Assembly (NCBI GenBank): GCA_026936335.1
Contig: JAPMXV010000003.1
Coordinates: 1 to 64,000, forward strand
Direction of reading: 5' to 3'
DNA from: Mantamonas sphyraenae STR306
Taxonomy: Eukaryota > Protista > CRuMs
Length of the DNA: 64,000 nt
In this document: in pieces, positions 32,509 through 41,800 of the stretch
Layout of the letters: each line of letters begins with the position of its first letter
How positions within the stretch are numbered: the first letter of the stretch is position 1
Notes under the pieces: model-generated
What the model was told of the DNA's origin: nothing
Databases searched by the model: none
Seen by the model: only the letters and a program-made list of their open reading frames with translations
Translations under genes and position numbers: made by a program

Positions 32509-34738
32509 GGACGGCGCGCACCAGTCCTCGCCACGCGTCATGCTTTGCCTCCGCTTCAACCTCGCAATCCTCTGTACATGTGTGTGTGTTGTCGTGGTTG
32601 TCGTCTGCCACACGGCTCTGTGGACACGCTCGATGATCCTGCGAATGAAGAATGGCGTCCAGCGTGTCCGCCACCACGAGCCTCCGTGCTTCTTGCATTC
32701 CCTGCACAATCCACGTCTGCAGAGCCTCCAGTGCCTGCTCCAACTCCAACAAACCCATGGGTGCCGTCGCCACAGCCAATAGAAGTAGACGCAGCAAAAG
32801 CGCAAATGAGTGTGTGCTGCTCGGATCGTTGGTGCCAAGCGCCGTCGATGCCGTCTGTGCATGGCCGAGCAGCGCCTTTGTACTTGAGTGCTGGTCATCA
32901 AACAGCACGTCCAGCCTCTTGTTCACGTGTACCACCGTTTGCAGCAGCTGGATGAGCTCCACCCACCACGCGAGCGCACACGAGTTGCCGGTTTGGCCAT
33001 GGATGGCCAGAACGTGCCCAAGACTTGATTCCATGTCCGCGCCGTCAGTTTGGGCTGTGTCGCACATCATCGCTTCCATGAGCACTGTGTTGTACACGTG
33101 AGAGCACTGTGCAAACCACCAGGCATCTGCGAGTCTGCGCGAGGCCACATGCCAAGAATTCGCGTCGTCGTGTACCAGTCCCACATACGGTTCCAAGTAC
33201 ATGCGTGTGTTGCTTCCCGTCTCTTTACAGGTCGCGTTGACCACACTCGCGTACATGCGAGCGACCAGCTGCATGCGCAGGTCGCCGTGTGTGGCAACAA
33301 CAAGATCCCGGATCGTATACTGCATGACATGGTGCAGCACCATGTCGGCTTCCATGCACTGTTCCACCAACTCGACAAACTCGTTCACTGCCTTGCTTGT
33401 GCTCAGGTTGACGCCCACGTGTTGATAGACGTGCAGAAGCAGCAGGTGCGAATCACTCACCAGCGACTGGACCACATGAACCACTCTGTCCTCCAGCAAC
33501 CATGTACGATGTTCCCACAATAGACATTCCACCTTTTTCCGCCTCGTTTCACTCTTCCACGGCCTGCACACCGCCGCCGCGACCGCGTCAAGGAAGAGCT
33601 CTCCAGCATCGCCTCCGCAGTCCAGAACCGCGCAAAGCAGAGTGGACATGCAGCCTTCCTCCTTCACCATCTCTTCCTCCTGTTCCAAAGCACCCATGTG
33701 CGCCATAGGCGCAATCAGATCCCCGTACTGGGCCAGGTGCAATCCGGGGACGGTTCTGATCAGTTTGGCCGCACTCTCTGCACATAGCCGTCGCAGCTGA
33801 TCGTCCCACGCAGCCCCCAACCCCAGTGCTTCCAGTGCATTCAACGTTTCCATTGTTTCCTTTGCCTCCTCGGCCCAGTTTCCTTCGCTGTAGCGCTGCA
33901 CAAGCTCACACAGCTTTGCGAGGCAAACCTCGGCTGCCTTTTGCCTGCCCTTGTTCCCAGAGGACGTTTTGGCTGAGGAGGAAGCAGCAGTGGATGACGA
34001 AGATGAAGAAGCATCCTCACTCTGTTTCTCCTTGTCTGCGGCGACCTCGGCCAACGGCTGAAGCAGATGAACAAACAACTGCAGCAGCACGCCGCCCGTA
34101 TTTGAAGCCACAATCCAATCCACGTCCAGAAGACGTGTTGCCAGGTTAAAATCCCCCCTGTGTTTCTTGATGCTTTGTCGGCTGTCCATTGCGCTGACCT
34201 TGTCCAGCGTTTGCGCCATGCTTGTCTCTGTGTCGGCCAATTCCCGAGATTCCCCACGGATGGCAGCCGCCCACCCGTTGCTCTGCAGCAGATGGCCATC
34301 CACAAGCTTGCTTTGTCTGTTCTTGCTGTCCATGCATGATAGCGTGTGCTCCACCAAGCTTGCCAGGCCAGGCGACATGCCCCCTCGCGTGTCGATGGTC
34401 TCTTTCTTGCTACGCTTCCTCTTGCTCTTGCCCCTGCCCTTCTGCCGTAGCCACACCTCGACACGCGACCCAACTGCGACTTCTCCCAATTGTGCATCGT
34501 CCAACCTATGTCGCTCCTCCCTTTGCAATTGCCGCGACAGATGCATGTTGAACTGCGCGTCCCTGCGCTCGCGAACCCATCCAAAAACCAACCACAACCA
34601 CCGTGAGTTGCATCCATACAGCCTATCCACCCACGAATTATCTGTATTGGAACCGTCCTTGCGTCGGCGCCGCGTGGATCCCGCCATGTTCCCCTCAGAA
34701 CAGTGCACCCTGGGCGGCCGTTTCTTGCCGTTTGCCAT
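32483..34738 (-). CDS. Uncharacterised alpha-helical protein with weak FANCA-like resemblance; start uncertain (34547-34741)
   Basis: Open frame of ~700 aa with helical L/A/E composition and an NLS-like KRKRSKK; occupies the slot between MTR4 and CCT5. Confidence 0.6.
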   Translation of the reverse strand: MANGKKRPPRVHCSEGNMAGSTRRRRKDGSNTDNSWVDRLYGCNSRWLWLVFGWVRERRDAQFNMHLSRQLQREERHRLDDAQLGEVAVGSRVEVWLRQKGRGKSKRKRSKKETIDTRGGMSPGLASLVEHTLSCMDSKNRQSKLVDGHLLQSNGWAAAIRGESRELADTETSMAQTLDKVSAMDSRQSIKKHRGDFNLATRLLDVDWIVASNTGGVLLQLFVHLLQPLAEVAADKEKQSEDASSSSSSTAASSSAKTSSGNKGRQKAAEVCLAKLCELVQRYSEGNWAEEAKETMETLNALEALGLGAAWDDQLRRLCAESAAKLIRTVPGLHLAQYGDLIAPMAHMGALEQEEEMVKEEGCMSTLLCAVLDCGGDAGELFLDAVAAAVCRPWKSETRRKKVECLLWEHRTWLLEDRVVHVVQSLVSDSHLLLLHVYQHVGVNLSTSKAVNEFVELVEQCMEADMVLHHVMQYTIRDLVVATHGDLRMQLVARMYASVVNATCKETGSNTRMYLEPYVGLVHDDANSWHVASRRLADAWWFAQCSHVYNTVLMEAMMCDTAQTDGADMESSLGHVLAIHGQTGNSCALAWWVELIQLLQTVVHVNKRLDVLFDDQHSSTKALLGHAQTASTALGTNDPSSTHSFALLLRLLLLAVATAPMGLLELEQALEALQTWIVQGMQEARRLVVADTLDAILHSQDHRACPQSRVADDNHDNTHTCTEDCEVEAEAKHDAWRGLVRAVLTQGTDSP

Positions 34739-34822
34739 GATCACCGCACCAACCTGCACACACACGCACACACATGCCCACTGGCCAATACGTGCACAAA
34801 CTAACCTCGCACATGCATCCAG

Positions 34823-36899
34823 ATGTCCGTCACGTTTGATGAATACGGAAACCCCTACATTCTGGTGCGCGAGCAGGGCAAGAAGAGCCGCGTGAAGGGC
34901 ACTGAGGCCATCAAGGTACGCGCGTTTTTCCATGCACACGCACCGCAGCCCGTTCCCAGGACCAGCCATGTGACTAACTCGTGTATCCTCGCACGCCTCC
35001 CTGTATCTTCTGTGTACTTGGCCTCCTCTGCACAGGCCAACATCCTCGCTTCCCGCTCTGTGGCCGATATCATCCGCACCTCGCTCGGCCCGCGAGGAAT
35101 GGACAAGATCCTGGTCTCGCCCGATGGAGACGTCACCATCACAAACGACGGCGCAACCATCATGGAAAACATGGATGTGCAGCACGAGATTGCCAAACTC
35201 ATCATGGAACTGTCCCAGTCGCAGGACAACGAGATCGGCGACGGAACCACAGGCGTCGTTGTTCTCGCAGGCGCCCTGCTTGAGCAAGCTGAGGCTCTCA
35301 TTGACAAGGGCATCCACCCGTCCCGCATTGCCGCTGGCTTTGAAGCTGCCGCAGATGTGGCCGTTGCACACCTTGAGGTGCGTTGCTACACCACTTTGGC
35401 GCCAAAACTGCGCGCGCGCGGAATTGCCCTCTTCCCTTCCTGCCTTCTCTCGCCCCTCACACCGCCTCCACCGTCCTCACACGCCTCCTGCCCCACAGAG
35501 CATCGCCGACGAAATCCAGTTCTCTGAGGACAACCTCGACGCACTGACCCAAACTGCCAAGACCACCCTTAGCAGCAAGATGTGAGTTGAGCGCATGCGT
35601 GCTCCCCTGAACATTCGCGCTCCCACCTTCTCCAAACACAGCCGAACGCCCCTCTCCCAAACGCTTTGTCCTCGTCTGTGCTTCTTCAATCCTCCGCCTC
35701 CCTATCGTCCATGTATGACCGTACGCTCACCCACTCTCTCTCTCTCTCCCTGTCCGGCTGTTCCCCCACCCCTGCCCCCCTCCTACTTGCTCCAACACGT
35801 ACACAGTGTCACCAAGTGCCTCGACCAGTTTGCAGATATTGCCGTCAATGCCGTGCTGCATGTTGCCGACCTTGAGCGCAAGGACGTCAACTTTGACCTC
35901 ATCAAGGTCGACGGCAAGGTGGGCGGTGAGATGTCCGACACCCAGATTGTGGAGGGCATCGTGCTGGACAAGGAGTTTAGCCACCCGCAGATGCCCAAAG
36001 AGCTCACCGACGTCAAGCTCTGCATCCTCACCTGCCCGTTTGAGCCTCCCAAGCCCAAGACCACACACAAGGTGGACATCGACAGCGTCGAGAAGTACGA
36101 GAAGGCCCAGCAGGCTGAGAAGAACTACTTTGAGGACATGGTTGCCAAGGTCAAGGAATCCGGTGCCACCCTGGCCGTCAGCCAGTGGGGCTTCGACGAC
36201 GAGGCCAACCATCTCCTGCTCAAGAACGACCTGCCCGCCATCCGCTGGGTCGGCGGCGTCGAGCTCGAGCTGCTCGCCATCGCCACCGGTGGACGCATCA
36301 TCCCGCGCTTCTCTGAGATCGAGGAGAAGAAGCTGGGCGTGGCTGGCTCCGTCAAAGAGATCTCTCTCGGCACAACCAAGGACCGCATCCTCCTCATCGA
36401 GGGCTGTGAGGGCACCAAGACCGTCACTGTGCTCGTCCGTGGTGGCAACAAGATGATTGTGGACGAGGCCAAGCGCTCGCTCCACGACGCCATGTGCATG
36501 GTGCGCAACCTCGTCGTCGACAACCGCGTCGTCTACGGCGGCGGCGCAGATATGATCTCCTGCTCTCTCGCTGTGGAGAAGCACGCTGCCAAGATCTCAA
36601 GCATCGAGCAGTACTCCATGCGCGCATTTGCACAGGCCCTCGAGGCCATTCCCATCGCTCTGGCTGAAAACTCGGGTCTCCCGCCCATCGACACGCTCGC
36701 CGAGCTCAAGGCTGCCCAGGTCAACGACAACAACCCGCGCCTCGGCGTCGATTGCATGGACCGTGGCACCAACGACATGAAGGATCAGGGCGTCTTTGAC
36801 GTCCTCAAGGCCAAGCAGCAGCAGTTGCTCCTTGCCGCCCAGGCCGTCAAGATGGTTCTGAAAATCGACGACGTCATCCAGGCCGGTCAGTATGAGTAA
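34823..36899 (+). CDS. CCT5: T-complex protein 1 epsilon subunit, 4 exons
   Basis: [69 protein letters not shown]. Confidence 0.97.
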
Positions 36900-36936
36900 A
36901 AAGCGGTCGCCCACCCAATGGAAACCTCTGTCATTG

Positions 36937-38823
36937 TCACCTTTCCTCTTCCCAACCCTGTCCCTCCTCTTGTTCTGTTGCAAACGCCTCTCTGGCCATT
37001 GCCACCATCGCCGCAATCTCCTCCGCCTGCTCGGCCGCCGCTCTTGATTCTTCCTCTGCAAACATGGCTTCTGCAGCCAACAGTAGCTTCTCCACTTCTT
37101 CTTGTCGCTCGCGCGATTCTCCATCTTCTACGAGCGAATGTGGCAACGGATGTTCGCGGAACGGAAACCGCTTGCAATCCGGATCGTGGCATCGCTGTGA
37201 AAACACACCACTGGCTACATCGACCACAAACATGATGTGGTTGCCTCGGTGCTCTCTGCCTATCCTTTCACAGTACCGATTCTGCCGGATGTTGTACAGG
37301 ATTCGCCCGTTGCCAAACACTGTCCAATTGTGCACCACCCCTCCACGTACTCCCCCCCATGCACTCGCCACCTCGGCTACAAACTCGTGCACGCTGTTGT
37401 ACCTTGCCTCCAAATCTGCACGGTTGCCATCGGTGTCCTCCATTGCTGCGCTGCTGGCAATCCGACCGCGCCCACCGCTTGCAACAACTTTGCCCGCCTG
37501 TGCGCTTGCATACTCCGCTCCACGGATGCGCAGCACCCTCACTTGATCATCAAATTCGGCGTTGCTGGCCAATGAGGCCTTCCACAATTCTTTTGTCGTT
37601 CCATACGCTGAGAAGCGGCATGAACTGGCCAGTCGCAGGTGCATCTCTTTTCCGTACTTGCTCGACAGCAGCATACGGAAGTTGCGATTTCGCGAGTAAA
37701 CGCTTGTGTCCACCATCCACACTCTGCTTCCGTCCTCTTCGTTGACCATGAGCGAGGTGTCCAAGCCTCGCCTACCACACTCGGCCAAGAGCAGCTCAAC
37801 AAACGCACCCACATGTGCGTTGTTTTGCCACACCACCCCCGGGACGCGCACAACCACGTGCCGTGAGAACTTTCGAACTGTGCTCGAGTCCAGATCAATG
37901 ATGTGCGAAGCATCCACCGCCACATTGAGCCGTTCTTGCATCAGCTCGCGCAACACACCCAGCAGCACCTGCAGCATCGTCTCCCCATCGCAGTCTGGAT
38001 TCACCTTCGTTTTGTACTCAATGTCCAGGTACAAATGGCAAGCCTCATCTTCCAGCAGCAACTCGTATGCATGTCGCTTGTGCTGCGGTGTTGCCTCGTA
38101 CACGGCCCAAAAGTCATCCAGGCTGCTCACCACAAACATACGCTTCCCATCTGCCGATTTGTCGATGCTAAACAGCTTCAACGTGTTGTTGGTGTCTCGC
38201 TGAGCCATGGACAAGTATTCCAGCGCCATGCGCTGTGTGGGGAACACCTTGTAGTGCAACCCGCTGAGCTGAGGCCGACGCAGGGCTTTCCTGCGCTCCA
38301 GCCACTCTTGATCCCGTCTGCTGGTCACGCGCTGTCGCTTCGTGTCTGGTTCTACACCGATTTTAGTCATGTATGCGTCCAGTGCGGAGGTGTCTGCCGT
38401 TGTGGCGGCTGAGTAGAACGCGGTGGTGGGGATCTCTCGTTTCCGCTTGCGCTCCTTTTCCTTCGTTTGGTTTTCACCGACTGCATTCCCCACGTGATCT
38501 TGCGTAGTGCTTTGTTTCCGATCGTGCATGATCATGGGACGCAATGCGTCCATGAACTGGCACAAAGCCGAGTCTAGCTTTGGATTCTGGAACACGGTGA
38601 TCACGCACTCGTTTGCAGCGATGTGCAGCAGGACCCGCATCGGAATCGAGCTCCGCCGGACGTTCTTGATGTCTCCGAGAGACACAATGGGATCACCGTT
38701 GACGCAAAGCATGCCAGCGGTCATGTCGACGTGCAACTTGCCTGGAGCGTAGCGTGCAGCACAAATGGCCCCTGCGCGCTCGACGAGGACTCGTTGGACA
38801 ACGATCGGATCAACACTAGGCAG
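36937..38823 (-). CDS. PRIMPOL: PrimPol (AEP primase-polymerase plus UL52-like Zn finger); start CTG 38823 (inferred) or first ATG 38724
   Basis: GKRMFVV, HAYELL, LYLDIE (DxE), KFSRH (SxH), DTSVYSRNRNFR, SSKYGK, YCERIGREHRGN...QRCHDPDC. Confidence 0.93.
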   Translation of the reverse strand: MPSVDPIVVQRVLVERAGAICAARYAPGKLHVDMTAGMLCVNGDPIVSLGDIKNVRRSSIPMRVLLHIAANECVITVFQNPKLDSALCQFMDALRPMIMHDRKQSTTQDHVGNAVGENQTKEKERKRKREIPTTAFYSAATTADTSALDAYMTKIGVEPDTKRQRVTSRRDQEWLERRKALRRPQLSGLHYKVFPTQRMALEYLSMAQRDTNNTLKLFSIDKSADGKRMFVVSSLDDFWAVYEATPQHKRHAYELLLEDEACHLYLDIEYKTKVNPDCDGETMLQVLLGVLRELMQERLNVAVDASHIIDLDSSTVRKFSRHVVVRVPGVVWQNNAHVGAFVELLLAECGRRGLDTSLMVNEEDGSRVWMVDTSVYSRNRNFRMLLSSKYGKEMHLRLASSCRFSAYGTTKELWKASLASNAEFDDQVRVLRIRGAEYASAQAGKVVASGGRGRIASSAAMEDTDGNRADLEARYNSVHEFVAEVASAWGGVRGGVVHNWTVFGNGRILYNIRQNRYCERIGREHRGNHIMFVVDVASGVFSQRCHDPDCKRFPFREHPLPHSLVEDGESRERQEEVEKLLLAAEAMFAEEESRAAAEQAEEIAAMVAMAREAFATEQEEGQGWEEER

Positions 38824-38874
38824 TGTGTGATTGCTAGATGACGAGATTTTTGAATGCTTTTTGAATTTGTTGGC

Positions 38875-41800
38875 TCAGTCCGAGTCATCGTCCGCAAGGA
38901 AGGACGCACTCCGCGAGCGACCTGTGGTGGTCCCCTCTGCAGCGGCAGAAGTGTTGCCTGCAACACTCTTGTCTTTGCTGGCCAGTTTGATCTCCTGCTC
39001 CAGTTCTGTCACCTTTCGCTGCTTCGCTTCCAATTGCTGCTGCAGCGATTCGATCTCCTTTTCCTTGCCTTCCTCCATCTTTGCAGCGTTCGCGGTCACT
39101 TTCTCCAGCTCTTCTTTTAGAGCAGAAATCTCCTTTTCCTTGTCTTCCGCAACCTTGCTGGCATCAGTATTCACCTTCTCCAGCTGTTCCTTCAGACTCG
39201 CAATCTCTTTCTCCTTGCCCTCAGCAGTCTTGCTTGCATCAGCCTTCGCTGCCTCCAGCTGCTCCTTCAGACTCGCAATCTCCTTCTCCTTGCCCTCAGC
39301 AGTCTTGCCTGCATCAGCCTTCGATGCCTCCAGCTGCTCCTTCAGGCTTGCAATCTCCTTCTCCTTGCCCTCAGCAGTCTTGCTTGCATCAGCCTTCGCT
39401 GCCTCCAGCTGTTCCTTCAGGCTTGCAATCTCCTTCTCCTTGCCCTCAGCAGTCTTGCCTGCATCAGCCTTCGATGCCTCCAGCTGCTCCTTCAGGCTTG
39501 CAATCTCCTTCTCCTTGCCCTCAGCAGTCTTGCTTGCATCAGCCTTCGCTGCCTCCAGCTGCTCCTTCAGGCTCGCAATCTCCTTCTCCTTGCCCTCAGC
39601 AGTCTTGCCTGCATCAGCCTTCGATGCCTCCAGCTGCTCCTTCAGGCTTGCAATCTCCTTCTCCTTGCCCTCAGCAGTCTTGCCTGCATCAGCCTTCGCT
39701 GCCTCCAGCTGTTCCTTCAGACTCGCAATCTCTTTCTCCTTGCCCTCAGCAGTCTTGCCTGCATCAGCCTTCGCTGCCTCCAGCTGTTCCTTCAGGCTTG
39801 CAATCTCTTTCTCCTTGCCCTCAGCAGTCTTCCCTGCATCAGCCTTCGATGCCTCCAGCTGTTCCTTCAGGCTTGCAATCTCCTTCTCCTTGCCCTCAGC
39901 AGTCTTGCTTGCATCAGCCTTCGCTGCCTCCAGCTGCTCCTTCAGGCTCGCAATCTCCTTCTCCTTGCCCTCAGCAGTCTTGCTTGCATCAGCCTTCGAT
40001 GCCTCCAGCTGTTCCTTCAGACTCGCAATCTCCTTCTCCTTGCCCTCAGCTTGCTTGCTGGCATCAGCATTTGCCTTTTCCAGCTGCTGCGACAGGTCTG
40101 CGGCTTCCTTCTCCTTTGCTCCGAGCTGTTCTCGCATCTCATCCATGCGCTTCGACAGCTCTCCTTCGCTCGATTCACTCTTCGCCTTGGCATCTTCCAG
40201 CGAGGCCAGTGCTTGGTCAAGCTTCTGCTGCAGATCTCCCGCTGCTTGTTTGCTTGCCTCTGCGACCATCTCAGCATCGGCGTTTGCCTTCTCCAGCTGT
40301 TCCTTCAGGCTCGCAATCTCCTTCTCCTTGCCCTCAGCAGTCTTGCCTGCATCAGCCTTCGCTGCCTCCAGCTGCTCCTTCAGGCTCGCAATCTCTTTCT
40401 CCTTGCCCTCAGCAGTCTTCCCTGCATCAGCCTTCGATGCCTCCAGCTGCTCCTTCAGACTCGCAATCTCCTTCTCCTTGCCCTCAGCAGTCTTGCCTGC
40501 ATCAGCCTTCGATGCCTCCAGCTGCTCCTTCAGGCTTGCAATCTCTTTCTCCTTGCCCTCAGCAGTCTTGCTCGCATCAGCCTTCGCTGCCTCCAGCTGT
40601 TCCTTCAGACTCGCAATCTCTTTCTCCTTGCCCTCAGCAGTCTTGCCTGCATCAGCCTTCGATGCCTCCAGCTGCTCCTTCAGGCTTGCAATCTCTTTCT
40701 CCTTGCCCTCAGCAGTCTTGCTTGCATCAGCCTTCGCTGCCTCCAGCTGTTCCTTCAGGCTTGCAATCTCTTTCTCCTTGCCCTCAGCAGTCTTCCCTGC
40801 ATCAGCCTTCGATGCCTCCAGCTGCTCCTTCAGGCTTGCAATCTCCTTCTCCTTGCCCTCAGCTTGCTTGCTGGCATCAGCATTTGCCTTTTCCAGCTGC
40901 TGCGACAGGTCTGCGGCTTCCTTCTCCTTTGCTCCGAGCTGTTCTCGCATCTCATCCATGCGCTTCGACAGCTCTCCTTCGCTCGATTCACTCTTCGCCT
41001 TGGCATCTTCCAGCGAGGCCAGTGCTTGGTCAAGCTTCTGCTGCAGATCTCCCGCTGCTTGTTTGCTTGCCTCTGCGACCATCTCAGCATCGGCGTTTGC
41101 CTTCTCCAGCTGTTCCTTCAGGCTCGCAATCTCCTTCTCCTTGCCCTCAGCAGTCTTGCCTGCATCAGCCTTCGATGCCTCCAGCTGTTCCTTCAGGCTT
41201 GCAATCTCTTTCTCCTTGCCCTCAGCAGTCTTGCTTGCATCAGCCTTCGCTGCCTCCAGCTGCTCCTTCAGACTCGCAATCTCCTTCTCCTTGCCCTCAG
41301 CAGTCTTGCCTGCATCAGCCTTCGCTGCCTCCAGCTGCTCCTGCAGACTCGCAATCTCCTTCTCCGCATCCTTGCTGGCTTCTTCGTTCACCTTGTTCGA
41401 CTCCTGCAGCATCTTCTTCAAACGCTCCACCTCATTCTTTGCTGCATCGATCTCTCCCTGCAGTTCGTTACGCAGCTCGTCTTCATCTTCGCGCTTTTCC
41501 ATCATGGCGTCACTGATCCTGTTGACCAGCTCCTCCTCCCTCTTCTTTGCAGCACCGCGCGCCTTTTCCAGCTCGCTTTCCAACATACTCCGCTGTGACT
41601 TCATGCGTTTGATCTCAGATGCGTAATCCTGCTGCATCTGCCTCTTCTCCTCTTCGTGGCGTTCCTTTGCTGTGCGTAGCTCTTCTTCCAGCTGCTCAAG
41701 GCCGCCTTCCTGCTGTACTCCTTCCTCTTGAAGCTGTGCAAAAAGCGCACGCATCTGCTTGTGCTTTCCCTGCAGTTCCGTCATCAGCCGCTCGTGGGTT

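Noticed and set aside
39040-41365. CRISPR-like array
   Set aside because: Units are contiguous with no unique spacers, are in-frame coding repeats, and there are no cas genes
38831-41626. Long + strand ORFs (931, 811 and 515 aa) antisense to the coiled-coil gene
   Set aside because: Stop-free shadows of the 75-bp repeat; low-complexity translations
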